Below, piece by piece: positions 38,296-52,150 of a stretch of DNA of 64,000 bases (positions within the stretch are counted from its first letter, which is position 1; each line of letters starts with the position of its first letter). Under the pieces are notes generated by a model that made no database searches, was not told the DNA's origin, and saw only the letters and a list, made by a program, of their open reading frames with translations. Source of the DNA: Octopus vulgaris (taxonomy: Eukaryota); NCBI GenBank assembly GCA_951406725.2, contig OX597831.1, forward strand, positions 72,850,001 to 72,914,000, written 5' to 3'. The translations under genes and the position numbers were made by a program.

Positions 38296-38440
38296 ACAAA
38301 ATATTTTCAAGGCTAAAGCAATAACTCCTTGACAGTTCCTGGTGATGTTTCCATGCTACATTAACAATGAACCAGAAACTGGTGACTGACGGAACCTGCA
38401 GCAAGGTCCCAACCTAAAGAAAGATTGTTATATATATATA

Positions 38441-38820
38441 GGCGGAGGAGTGGCTGTGTGGTAAGTAGCTTGCTTACCAACCACATGGTTCCGGGTTCAG
38501 TCCCACTGCGTGGCACCTTGGGTAAGTGTCTTCTACTATAGCCTCAGGCCGACCAAAGCCTTGTGAGTGGATTTGGTATACAGAAACTGAATAAAGCCCG
38601 TCGTATATATGTATATATATATATGCGTGTGTATGTTTGTCCCCCTAGCATTGCTTGACAACCGATGCTGGTGTGTTTATGTCCCCGTTACTTAGAGGTT
38701 CGGCAAAAGAGACCGCTAGAATAAGTACAGGGCTTACAAAGAACAAGTCCCGGGGTCGAGTTGCTCGACTAAAGGCGGTGCTCCAGCATGGCCGCAGTCA
38801 AATGACTGAAACAAAAGAGT
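38441..38820 (+). mobile_element. SINE A, full length
   Basis: Directly after (TA)n; colinear with the family. Confidence 0.9.
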
Positions 38821-39375
38821 TATAATTAAGATTATCGAAGGTGACGAGCTGGCAGAGTAGTAGCATGCCTGACGAAAGGGCTTAACGATATTTTATCTGT
38901 GTTGATGTTGTTCTGAGTTCAAATTCCACTGAGATCAACTTTGTTCTTCATCCTTTCAGGGTCGATGAAATGAGTGACATTTGTGATCAGGGATGAGGCT
39001 AGTGACTAGGTCTCCCTCTTGCAAAATTTCAGGCCTTGTGGCGATAACAGAAAGGATAATTAGAGTTATCTAGGTTTTTAGTTCAAATCCAACCTGAGGT
39101 GATGATGCTTTTTACTGTTTGCTCAGGGTCCCATGGTAATTCTGAGATTAGCTGAATCTATTATACCCACTACCTCCTTGAGCCAATCTATTACACCCTT
39201 TCTCTCCTTGCAGTATTTCTTCCGATTCTTTACATTTCAAGTTCAAATCCAACTATGGTCAGAATTGCCTTTCACTTCCACCCCACAAGATGAACAAAAT
39301 AAAATACCAATCAAGTCTGGGGTTGGTGGTATTGACGGATCTCCTCCCTCAAAATTCTTGGCCTAACTGGTAGAA

Positions 39376-39806
39376 CCTTTCTGCTCTAAGCAGAACACCC
39401 GAAATTTTGGGGGAGGAGGCCAGTCAATTAAATCAACCCCAGTACACAACTGGTACTTAATTTATTGACCCCGAAAGGATGAAATGCAAAGTCGACCTCA
39501 GCAGAATTTGAACTCAGAATGTAATGGCAGATGAAATACCGCTAAGTATTTCGCCCGGCATGCTAATGCTTCCTATTTCTTTACTGCCAACAAGGGACTA
39601 CACACAGAGGGGACAAACAAGGACAGACAAACGGATTAAGTCAATTATATCGACCCCAGTGCGTAACTGGTACTTACTTAATCGACTCTGAAAGGATGAA
39701 AGGCAAAGTCGACCTCGGCGGAACTTGAACTCAGAACGTAGCAACAGACAAAATACGGCTATGCATTTCACCCGGTGTGCTAACCACTCTGCCAGCTCAC
39801 CGCCTT
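39376..39806 (-). mobile_element. two adjacent antisense SINE B copies (short-tail and long-tail)
   Basis: Copies at 39376-39571 and 39572-39806. Confidence 0.85.
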
Positions 39807-39907
39807 CCTAACTGTCGCACAAAACACCTGACAACATTTCTTCTGACTCTTCACTTTCCAAGTTCAATTACTACCAAGGTCAAATTTGCCTTTCCTCTTT
39901 TCAGGGT

Positions 39908-40977
39908 CATCATCATCGTTTAAAATGCATTTTCCATGCTGGCAGGGGTTGGACAGTTTGACAGGTGCCGGCAAGTTAGAGAGCTACACCAAGCTCTGTC
40001 TGTTGTGGCATGGTTTTTAGAACTTGATGCCCTTCCTAAAGCCGTCCACTTTACAGAGGGTAGTGGATGCTTTTTGCATGAGCCAACACAGGTGCTTTTT
40101 ATGTGACACCAGCACATCACCATCATCATCAATTAACGTCCATTTTCCATGCTGGCAAGGGTTTGGTTGGTTTGACTGAGGTCTGGAGGGCCAGCGACTG
40201 CACCAGGCTCCAATCTTGATCTGGCAGAATTTCTACAGCTGGATGCCCTTCCTAACGCCAACCACTCCGAGAGTGTAGTGGATGCTTTTTACGTGCCACT
40301 GACACAGGAACCAGTAAGGTGGGCCTGCCAGCGATCATGTTCGGATGGTACACAGGAGTCAGTCAGGGGTTACTGGCATCGGTCACGATCAGTTGGTGCT
40401 TTTTACGTGCCAGGGTGGTGAGCTGGCAGGATCGTTAGCATGCCAGGTAAAATGCTTAGCAGTATTTCGTCTGCTGTCACGTTCTGAGTTCAAATTCCAC
40501 CAAGGTCGACTTTGCTTTTCATCCTTTCAGGGTCAATTAAATAAGTACCAGTTACACACGGGGGTTGATGTAATCGACTTAATCCCTTTGTCTGACCTTG
40601 TTTGTCCCCTCTATGTTTATCCCCTGTGGGCAATAAAGAAATAAATAAAATAAAAAGTCCCAGTCAAGTACTGGGGATAATGAGGTGGGGGGAGTCAATG
40701 TAATTGAAATATACCCTTCCTCAAATTTCAGGCCTTCTGACTCTATTAGAAACCATCGGGGCAGAGTTATTCAGAGCCTTGGAACCAATGCTCTGCAGAA
40801 TTTCTTTCAGCTCTTCATAGTCTGAGTTCAAATTATGCCATGGTCAACTTATTTCATTCTTTCAGGGTCAATAAGCTAAAAAAAACCCAGTCAAGCATTG
40901 AGGTTGATGTATTCAACTGACCGGTTCCCTTAAAAATATTTGCAGGCCTTGTGCCAAAGTTTGAAATCATTATTATT

Positions 40978-41008
<31 letters not shown>

Positions 41009-41235
41009 AGGTGGCAAGTTGGTGGAATTGTTAGCATGTCAGACAAAATGCTTGGCAGCATTTCATCTATCTTTACGTTCTGGGTTCAAATTCTGCTGAG
41101 GTCGACTTCACCTTTCCTCCTTTTGGAGTCGATAAAACAAGTCTCAAAGAAACACTGGGGCTGATGCAAACAACTAGTCCCCTCTTTTCACAAATAGAAT
41201 AAATAAAAAAATCCAGGCCCTATGCATATTAGTAG
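39908..41235. mobile_element. cluster of SINE C (-) and SINE B (+) copies
   Basis: C at 39908-40110 and 40120-40410; B at 40413-40650, 40757-40965 and 41008-41235. Confidence 0.75.
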
Positions 41236-41889
41236 AAATGATAAAAATTCTTATCATCAGTAGTAGTAATAGTAGTAGTAGTAGTAGCCAGCACAACTAC
41301 TATCATCATCATCATCCTCATCATCATCATAGAACAGGAAATTCTAGTGTTTCACTGTTTAAATAAATGATGTGTAATAAATCTGTGTTGTGTTTGTTTA
41401 ATAATTCACTTAGTTAGCATAGTAAAGCAGGCGGGGGGGGGGGGGAGCACACAGTGCTGTTAGCAAACATGCAAGTACACACACACACACTATTATACTC
41501 ACACACACACACACACACACACATACAAGGCCTCACCCAGTACTTATATATACTCATGCATCAGTCCCACCCAGAAATGGTCGTGATGGTCTGACCTACA
41601 ATATTGACTCACCACCTTTAGTCTATGATTGATTAATGGGGGGGAGGGGATCGGAAATAATGGAACCAAATCTTCTGCTTAAATTAATAGACACTTGCTC
41701 CAGCTTTTGTATGCATCTGTCAATCAATCAACCGTTACACCAGCCAATGGTACATGTACTTTCTCTCTCCCTCTCACACACACACATGCACACACACATA
41801 CACACACATAGATTAGATTTAAAAAAAAAAAAAAAATCTTACAATGGATGGGCAAGTAGGTGGGTAGGCAGATAAGTGGATAGAGATAA

Positions 41890-42550
<661 letters not shown>

Positions 42551-43432
42551 GAATAACATCTGTCAAAAGTGGTATCTCACATGAGTGTACTATGACTAAC
42601 AGGATATCAGTTTCTTGAGAGACAGACAGAGAATAGGAAGGTGTGTTGACTAACAGAATAGATATGTAGATAGGTATAACATATTTGTATGTTACATGCA
42701 TGCACACTTACACACACACAAACACACATATATATACATGTATAAATATACAGGAAAGATATATACATTCAAACACACACACACGCAAGAAACAAACGGA
42801 AGACAGACAAATGGAGCAGCAGACAGGTGGAGTGAGAGAGAGAGAGACTGGAAGTGAGTATGTGAAGGCATAAAGTAGCAAAGTGCTAGGTCTGTCTCTT
42901 TTTTGCACCTGATTTTAAATTAGAGTCGGTAACACGTAGACGTTTGTTTTCTGGAAAGTGATTACCTGAAAAGCACAACAGAGGGAGCAGAGTTAACTGC
43001 TCGTAAAGTATGTTGAGTTTTGGCTAACGTGAGTGGAGGGCGCACGACAAAAAGGAAGGGAGGTCCTTTCTAGTATATGTTGTTATTTAACCCCACGTCG
43101 TTCCAACCGTGACATCCCATCTTGTTTTTCTTTAACCATAATGTACCCTGGGATGACATTGTCTAACGTACTTCTTTGCACTTTGTGTGCATGTGTAGGT
43201 TTTTTTTTTTTAAGACGATCTGATCTGACGGAAATTTGGCTGCTATTTTTAGCCGGTCAAGCGAGATCTAGAGGGTCCTTTCCCCCCTCTGCCCCCCTCC
43301 CTTCCCCTGTTGGTTTGTGAAATAATGTTGTCACCCGAAACGCGAGACATTATTATGCAGTGTGTAACCAGATTGGTTGATAGTGACATGAGATATGTGC
43401 TGACGGGAAAAGGGTGGGAGTACACACACACA

Positions 43433-43690
43433 CACACACTCTTCGATAGGAGACAACATTCTTTGTGTGTGTGTGTGTGTGTGTATATTTGCATGCATAG
43501 AATAATTTACACACATAAGTGTGTGTGTATGTGTGTATATATATATATACGTATACACACGTATACGCACACACTCTTCGATAGAAGACGACATTGTGTG
43601 TGTGAGAGAGTGTGTGTGTGTGTGTGTAAATATTTGCATACATAGAATAATTTACACACAAAAGTGTATGTATGCGTATATGTATCAATA
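43433..43690. repeat. tandem duplication of a unit of about 135 bp
   Basis: cacactcttcgatag(g/a)agac..atatttgcat.catagaataatttacacaca occurs twice (starts about 43433 and 43568). Confidence 0.8.
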
Positions 43691-45870
43691 TATCAATATA
43701 TACACACACACATAAACATCAAACTTTCTTTTCATTTCATGTTATACATTAACACTAAGATTCACAATAAGCACACACACACACACTGACATGTGCTCGC
43801 GCGCTTTTTGATGGATTGACAGATGTGTGAAGAGTTATATACATACATACATACATACGTACATACATACGTACGTATGTATGTATGTATGCATGTGTGT
43901 GTGTGTGTGTGTACACACGTATCTATGCATGCACATATAGCAGTAAATGAAAAACTAATTGTTTATTTACACCCGTAAACACCCCGAGATTTACAAAAAT
44001 AAAAACACAAAACAGAGACAGTTGTGTCCAGACAGACAACAGCAAATTGCTATTTTATACAATTACTCACAAGTCTACATACACAGAAATTATGTACGTA
44101 TGTGAGTGCGCGTACATCTATCTATATAGATACATCAGTATTCTTGTTTCAGTCATTCCACTGAGGCCATGCTGGAGCAAAGAATGCATAATACAAATCT
44201 GTAATTGAATTTGTATATAGGCGTGTGTGTGTGTGTGTGTAAAAGCTATATATACCCCGAATAAATTCAAAACGAAAAATGCTTGTGTGTACGTATGATG
44301 CAAGTCTGTATGCATATTACACATGCTACAAGAATGCATGTATTAATTACACATACTTTAAGTTTTTGTTCAGATAGGGGCTAACAAGGCGGGGAGAGAG
44401 TTCAAATGGTCATTTGACCTACTAGAAATAGCAGCTAAATATCCCTCAAACTGTACCCTAACCAAAACAGAAAAATGAAAACACGATACGCTAAATAAGT
44501 CAATCCTAGACATACTGTGTCAGGAACAGAAAACAAAAAAACTTTTAAGGTCAAGATTGAAATGAGTTTCACCACGAGCCTACTCGACTAGGGCTAGACA
44601 AAAACCCGTTAACCTCCAGTTTCTAACCCGAGCAAAAAAGGCATCATAATCAATATTGTTCAGTTGAAGAACTGCTGGTCAATAGACGAGAATACAGAAC
44701 GTCATTAATTCAAAGAAGAACGATTAAGGGACAACCACGAAGAGAAAAATTGATCTCTATGGGTAAAAAGAAAAAAGTGGGGCAGAGGACAATAACGACA
44801 GAACAACCCACCCCAGCTTTGTGTCAAACATTCCGGGTTTTTATTTCCTCCTTTCAATCCGCCACTAACTTCACTCGGCTTCAATGTTTAATGTAGCTTA
44901 TTTGTAGCGGGTAGGCAGAAACAGATTAGTGAACATGGTGAGAGAACAGGTCTCTAGGCACAGGCTGGGGTAGTTTTGGTATACAGAAACTAGCTTGTTA
45001 AATGAGTAGGTTGGTTGTTTTGGTGGTGAAGTTTGTAATATTAGAATAAAGGCCTTTTTTTTTTTTCTTAGTGTAGTAGGTCACCCTTATTATATGTATA
45101 CCAAGTACCTACTGTATCGTATACACCCGGGGTACAAGAGAGAACATGTGGAGGGAAAGGATTAAAAGAAATAAATAAGAGAAAGTTAGGGTGTTTTGTG
45201 TGTGTGTGTGTGTAGTGGGGGAGGAAAAAACACAATTAAATGAAAAAATAGAATAAGAAGGAAATTATAAGGGAGGAAAGAAGAAAGGAAGAGAGAACAA
45301 AAGAGATGAAAGAGGGAACAGAAGAAATACAAAAGAAAGAAAGGGAAAAAAAGGGGGGAAACAAGAGAGAAATGGAGAGAGAAGAAGAGAGGGAAAAACG
45401 AGGAAGCCGAAGAAATTAAAGCAACAAAATCAAATACGAAGAGAAAGAAGGAAGCTGTTTGAAAAGAAACTAAATCGTTTCATGTTTGTTATGGTTTAGT
45501 CCCAGTCAGACCCGACGCACTGGATATGTCCTCTCTCATCAAAGGTTGTCCAACCGTCACCATCCCTCTTATTTTTCTGAACATAAACATAAACCTTGGA
45601 TTACATTCTCCAATAGGGCCTTCCTTCTTTTCAACAGCAGTGTATAGATTGAAGGAGATTTGGCTGCTATTTCTAGTACGTTGAGCGATCGTACAGAGAA
45701 GCTCCGTTCCGTGTTAGTGTGACCCAGTTATGGAATTGTGTTCCTGCGTCACATTGAGGCAGAATGAACCAACAATGGTCGCTCGAACCCGTAGAAATAG
45801 CTGTCAAATTTCCCCTACGTCATCTTCCCTAAACAAGGGAGAACACATTGGATAATGTAGTCCTAAAAAT

Positions 45871-46430
45871 CCTTTCTCCTATAGGCACAAGTCTTGAAAT
45901 TTAGGGGAGGAGGGCAGTCAACCGCGGTGGAATTTGAACTCAGAACGTAGCAACGGCCGAAATACCTATTTCTTTACTACCCACAAGGGGCTAAACACAG
46001 AGAGGACAAACAAGGGCAGACAAACGGATTAAGTCGATTATATCGACCCAGTGCGTAACTGGTACTTATTTAATCGACCCCGAAATGATAAAAGGCAAAG
46101 TCAATCTCGGCAGAATTTGAACTCAGAATGTAGCAGCAGACAAAATAGCGCTAAAGACTTCGTCCGGCCCGCTAAGGATTATCCAGCTCGCCGCCTTAAT
46201 GTAGTCCTCAAAATAAGGCGGCAAGCTGGCAGAAGGGTTAGCACGCCGAGCAAAATGCTTACCGGTAATTCGTCTGTCTTTACGTTCTAAGTTCAAATTC
46301 CGCCGAGGTCAACTGTGCCTTTCATCTTTTCGGGGTCGATAAATTAAGTACCAGTTGCATACTGGAGTCGATCTAATAGACTGGCCCCCTCCCCCAAAAT
46401 TTCAGGCTTTGTGCCTAGTGTAGAAAAGAA
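45871..46430. mobile_element. divergent (head-to-head) SINE B pair
   Basis: Composite antisense copy 45871-46196 with TSD taatgtagtcct(a/c)aaaat; sense copy 46215-46430 begins about 18 nt away. Confidence 0.85.
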
Positions 46431-46439
46431 TGTAGAAAT

Positions 46440-46885
46440 CAAATTCGATGACTGGCATCCGTGCTAGTGGAGCACTAAGAGCACCATCCAAGCGTGATCG
46501 TTGCCACAGCAGCTGACTGGCTTCCGTGCCGGTGGTATGTAAAAAGCACCATTCGAGCGTGATCGTTACCAGCGTCGCCTTACTGGCACATGAAAAACAA
46601 CATTCAAGTGTGGTCATTGCCAGTGCCGCTGGGCTGGCTCCTGTGCCGGTAGCACGTAAAAAACACCGTTTGAGCATGGCCGTTGCCAGTACAGCCTGAC
46701 TGGCCCTCATGCCAGTGGCACGTAAAAGCACCCACTACACTCTCAGAGTGGCTGGTGTTAGGAAGGGCATCCAGCTGTAGAAACCGCCAGATCAAGACTG
46801 GAGCCTGGTGCAGCCATCTGGTTCGCCAGTCCTCAGTCAAATCATCCAACCCATGCCAGCATGGAAAGTGGACGTTAAACCATGA

Positions 46886-46888
<3 letters not shown>
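46440..46888 (+). mobile_element. SINE C with an internal array of about 60-65 nt repeats
   Basis: About five units of ctggc..cgtgccggtggcacgtaaaaagcacc..gagcgtg..cgttgccag, then ggaagggcatccagctgtagaaac and the (gat)n tail. Confidence 0.85.
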
Positions 46889-46925
<37 letters not shown>

Positions 46926-46934
46926 TTATATTTA

Positions 46935-47160
46935 TAAAGTTAATCCAAACATGAAAACACAAAGAGAAAGCACAACAGCGCAAGGACGCGGAACAAGTAT
47001 AGTGTTGTTGGACGCCCTGGAAAGGAAAGAAAGAAGGAGGATTTAACGTTTCGAGCGGAGCTCTTTGTCAGAAACATAGGAGAAGGAAAGATCCTCAGAA
47101 GGGAAAACGAGGAAAAAAAAAATCACCAACGGTACACACGCGGTCACATTTTGAATGACC
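46935..47160 (-). mobile_element. Penelope-like pLTR fragment with decayed minimal hammerhead
   Basis: Minus strand 47075-47041: guuu-CUGACAAA-GAGC-uccGCUC-GAAACGUUA-aau; follows (TA)n; second copy at 49905-50101. Confidence 0.65.
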
Positions 47161-47571
47161 AGAAGGGAATAGGTGAAGAAAAAGTTCTTTCAAAGACAGG
47201 AGAGTGCAAGAGAAGGAGGTATGAGTGTGTAAGTGTGGATATGTGCGTGCGTGCAGCTCTGTGTGTGTGTGTGTGTGTGTGTGGTTGTGGCTGTTAATCT
47301 ATATGTGTGATATATATACATATACACACAGATATGTGTGTATGTGTATCCTACAACTGCTTCACAACTGGTGTTGGTTTGTTTACATCCCTGTAAGTTA
47401 TGGGGTTTGGGGAAAAGAGACTGAAAGAATAAGTAACAGGCTTTAAAAGAAACGGGATAAAATAAGTACTGGGCTCAATTTGTTTAATTAAACCCTTCAA
47501 GGCGATGCTCCAGCATGGCCACAGCCTCTGGTTGAAACCAATAACACACACATACACACACGTGTGCACAG

Positions 47572-47605
<34 letters not shown>

Positions 47606-47711
47606 ATTGTTTTTCAACAGTCCACCAAGGGATTGGATGTTGTATTCGAAATCAGGTGAAGTGGGGGAGAAAGAAAGAGAGAAAAAGATAGGGAAGGAAT
47701 GATAAAGACCA

Positions 47712-47746
<35 letters not shown>

Positions 47747-47921
47747 AAGTAGAGAAAGAAGGGTGAAAGAAGTGGAGTGAGAGAGAGAGAGAGGGGGGGA
47801 GACAGTGATATTTCCTGTCCATTCCATTGAAACTGGTCGTTATGACAATTAGCAAGATGAAATAAATGGGAAATGTGTTCAGAAAATATGAATGTTTAGG
47901 GTGGGTGTGTCAGTGTCAGGA

Positions 47922-47961
<40 letters not shown>

Positions 47962-48083
47962 TGTGTGAACATATGTTTATTATGTGTGTATGAAACAATA
48001 TTGAAATATATCTACAACAGCGAGTTTTCAACCAGCAATGTACTGTACATATAAATATACAATATATACACACACACACACAC

Positions 48084-48124
<41 letters not shown>

Positions 48125-48444
48125 GAGAATTTCTATGTGCATGCTTGTATGTGTGTGTGTGTGTTCCTAGAAGGCATGGATGGCTTATTTTCTTTATCAA
48201 TTAATAGTTCACGCCTGGGTGACAGACGTTTTATTCTTATTTTTCCCTCCAAATGGTGATCCATGTTCTGGAACCATTCTTTGTTGTTGTTGTTGTTCTT
48301 GTTGTTTACCCCCCCCCCCCCCCAGACAGCCATCAATAAACAGATCTATGATGAAAGCCACCCAGCTGTGATCATCCGTCTTTTTTTGTAAAGCAGGGAT
48401 TACATTCTCTAATGTAGCCTTCTACATGACTGACTTCAATGCCA

Positions 48445-48487
<43 letters not shown>

Positions 48488-48821
48488 CTTCATCTATGGA
48501 CTGGAATGATGTCACCAAAAATTTGCACAGACAATAATTTGTGCCTCTCTGTGTATGTGTACATATATACACACACACAAAATCATCATTTTAATGTCCA
48601 CTTTTCCATGCTTGAATGGGTCAGAGAGATTTTGTTGAAGTAGACATTCTACAGCTGGATGATCTTCTTGTCATCAATCCTCACCGATTCCAAAGCAAAG
48701 AAACATTTTCCCCACATGTCAGGCATGTTTTCAAAGAATATTGGAAACACCGCTTGGGTGATGGTGATACTCGTTTACAACAATCACACGATGTGAAGAC
48801 AAGGAGATACCAGCTTACACA

Positions 48822-49039
48822 CATAAGGGGCTGTTGAAAAATCTTTGGCTTTAAAGGTATTGTGAAATGCCTGGCTGGAGACCCAGCCTTCCAAGTTCTT
48901 TTACAGGGCTTAGAAAAACTGAAAGATCGCTATAATGTGTGAACCTGAGAGGGGAATATGTTGAATAAAATCATAATTAACTGATCCTCCTGTATTTTTT
49001 TTTTACTGAAAATCAGGGACTTTTCAGTACCCCTACATA
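48822..49039 (+). mobile_element. short mariner-derived element
   Basis: Degenerate TIRs aggggctgttgaaaa / ttttcagtacccct; encodes the transposase end GLEKLKDRYN.VNLRGEYVE*. Confidence 0.7.
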
Positions 49040-49055
49040 ATCACACATATATATA

Positions 49056-49462
49056 GGTGCAGGAGTGGCTGTGTGGTAAGTAGCTTGTTTACCAACCACA
49101 TGGTTCCGGGTTCAGTCCCACTGCGTGGCACCTTGGGCAAGTGTCTTCTACTATAGCCTCGGGCCGACCAAAGCCTTGTGAGTGGATTTGGTAGACGGAA
49201 ATTGAAAGAAGCCCGTTGTATACATATGTATATATATATATATGCGTGTGTGTTTGTGTGTCTGTGTTTGTCCCTCTAGCATTGCTTGACAACCGATGCT
49301 GGTGTGTTTATGTCCCCGTTACTTAGCAGTTCGGCAAAAGAGACCGATAGAATAAGTACTGGGCTTACAAAAGAATAAGTCCTGGGGGTCGAGTTGCTCG
49401 ATTAAAAGTGGTGCTCCAGCATGGCCGCAGTCAAAATGACTGAAACAAGTAAAAGAGTAAAA
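49056..49462 (+). mobile_element. SINE A, full length
   Basis: After (TA)n; colinear with the family. Confidence 0.9.
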
Positions 49463-49489
49463 TAGTATATATAGTCCCTGTGCTATCTA

Positions 49490-49815
49490 TCCTCTACAAA
49501 AATCTTGCTTACATCGCATCACAACACCAAGACAGAACTATTTCACCTCAACTAGTTCTGTTCCCTTTAATATCCATGCCAAGACACGTAAGAGAAAGAT
49601 CTCATAATATCCAAACAGTACCACCAACAAATTCCAAATAAACTGTCTGCACCCAGATATATTTCTACAAACATTAACACTTTACTCATCGAATGGGCTA
49701 TGGTGCCTAAAGAACCCCTGTAATATGACACATTGTTAAATGTCTTTTTCAGGTGGTGCTATTAAATTAGCCATGGCCTCAGTCAATATTGGCTGAAACT
49801 TATCATCTAAGTATT
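49490..49815 (+). pseudogene. 3' end of a CR1/L2-group LINE (same family as 7150-7500)
   Basis: Colinear with 7160-7500; same tail. Confidence 0.8.
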
Positions 49816-49904
49816 TGTAAGAGCTTCTTTCAGTTTCCATCTACCAATTCCGCTCAAAAAGCGGACGTTAAACGATGATGATATATATATACACACATAT
49901 TTAT

Positions 49905-50101
49905 AAAGTTAATCCAAACATGAAAACACAAAGAGAAAGCACAACAATGCGAGGACGTGGAACAAGTATAGTGTTATTGGATGCTCAGAAAGGAAAGAAA
50001 GAAGGAGGATTTAACGTTTCGAGTGGAGCTCTTTATCAGAAACATAGGAAAAGGAAAGATCCAGAGAAGGGAAGATGGAGGAAAAAAATCACCAACGGTA
50101 C
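49905..50101 (-). mobile_element. Penelope-like pLTR fragment, second copy, inside an antisense SINE A
   Basis: Colinear with 46935-47135; minus-strand CUGAUAAA-GAG..CUC-GAAACGUUA at 50043-50009. Confidence 0.65.
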
Positions 50102-50589
50102 AGGGCTGTTATAGAAGACACATTCCCAAGGTGCCAAGCATTGATACTGAACCCAGAGCTAAGTGGTTGGGAAGCAAGCTTCTTAACCACACACCACCCA
50201 TACCTCTATGCATGTCATGAATGAACATAAACAAGAAAGAAAAAAAAAGCAATACAACAGACAAGTTTCCTTGTTGCAAAACCCTCACCTCTTTCCAAGC
50301 AAGGTAATATTTAGCTTCTGTTGGACGTATTTCCATTGAAGACTGGAACCAAATGGCACTGGTTGTATGATGATGAGACTTACAACAGTCATGTCATGGA
50401 ACTGTCGAAAGATGGAGACGATAACCCACAAAGACATACATTCCACATACAACTTCTGTCCATCAAATTCACTCACAAGGCTTTGGCCAGTCTGTGGCTA
50501 TATTGGACAACACTAAACCCACAGCTACAGAGTTGGAAAGTGAACTCCTTAATCACAAAAGTGCTCTGTTCAACTTCCTGCTATTCATT

Positions 50590-50680
50590 TACAGAGATGA
50601 CATTACAAAGAAACAGAAAGGGGTCTAGCACAGCACCCTGAGGAACACAACAAAAGACGGTCGCTAGTCTTGAGAAAATT
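50590..50680 (-). pseudogene. small LINE RT fragment
   Basis: Minus-strand CVPQGAVLDPFLFL matches the GVPQGxVLGPLLF motif. Confidence 0.55.
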
Positions 50681-51409
50681 CCCTTACGACTTGTACGTGG
50701 TGGTTTCATTTTGGCAAACAACAGTCCACTGCAGTAGCTTTTCTACACACACACACCTAAACATACCAACATGTGTGGGTGTGTGTGTGTATGTGTACAC
50801 ATATGTGAGTGTGTGTATGCATACATGTAGAAAAAACAAAAGCAAATGAGAGAGATTACACAAAGAAAGTTTGGAGAGTCCGAACTCCAGAAAAAAAAAC
50901 ATTTTCTTCAACCTGGATGTTACTGTGTACTTTGTTCCAGTGAGTCAGTTTCCGAGTTCAAACTCCAGTGAAGTGAATTTTACACTTTCTATGCTAACTA
51001 AACACAATACATGTGTCGCAACGCACTCCATTTAATTGCTTCGCTAAACACAGAGAAATCTTCCCAACTCGTATCAAGCTGTAAATGACTCTTTAACACA
51101 CACACACACACACACGCATATTTCTATGTACTCACATATATGTAATTAGACACACACACACACACAAATGCATGTGTGTGTGTGGAGAGAGAGAAAGAGA
51201 GGGAGATAATGATGCAGATAAACACAAGCCTATTGTGTTCATCACCATCACTAACTCACTTTATATCAGCTTATCTTGGACTCCTCTTACCGCCACTCAT
51301 GATGCCATGGACCTAGTTTTGGATGCAGAATTCACAGTTTAAGCTCAATTCATTTAGACATTATTATGTGTTTTCTACACTGAGTATATCTAGCTCTCAA
51401 CTATTGTTC

Positions 51410-51450
<41 letters not shown>

Positions 51451-51759
51451 CATACAAAGTCAGCAGAATAATATAATGAATATTATTCTCAGAATTTTCA
51501 ATGGCAACACCGTATAACACTGGAAGCAGAAACGGCTGTTAGATGGGATAAAGATTTTGTATTAAAAAGTAATAATCGATGTCAGTCAATTGTTGTTGAT
51601 CAATATTCTCCATTTTCTGCTTAATTTAAATTTGATTCCTAATAAACTCATGTTTATCTTTTTCATTGCCTGTATCCTATGAGCATAATATGCTTGCATA
51701 TGTATACCTAGTGTTAACATAGGTAATTATACTGGAAGTAAAATGAAATATTTTCATCC

Positions 51760-52150
51760 CTTAGTGGTATTTTGTCTGCCTTTACGTTCTGAGTTCAAAT
51801 TCTGCTGAGGTCGACCTTGCCTTTCATCCTTTTAGGATCAATAAATTAAGTACCAGTTGCGTACTAGGGTCACTCTAATCAACTGGCCCCCTCCCCAAAT
51901 ATTTTGAGCCTTGTGCCTAGAGTAGAAAAGACTATTTAAGGTGGTGAGCTGGCAGAAACGTTAGCATGCCGGGCAAAATGCTTAGTAGTATTCTGTGTGT
52001 CTATGTTCTGGGTTCAAATTCTGCCGAGGTCAACTGTGCCTTTCATCCTTTCAGGGTCAATAAATTAAGTACCAGTCGCATACTAGAGTCGAGCTAACTG
52101 ACTGGCCTCCTCCCCAAATATTCCGAGCCTTGTGCCTAGAGTAGAAAAGA
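51760..52150 (+). mobile_element. two tandem SINE B copies
   Basis: Copies at 51760-51932 and 51938-52150, both ending gagccttgtgcctagagtagaaaagac. Confidence 0.85.

Noticed and set aside
46440-46730. Regularly spaced palindromic repeats resembling a CRISPR array
   Set aside because: The whole unit is repeated with no unique spacers, it lies inside a SINE, and there are no cas genes in this eukaryotic context.
51520-51545. gaaacggctgtta, resembling a hammerhead 3' half
   Set aside because: No upstream CUGANGA box or stem II.
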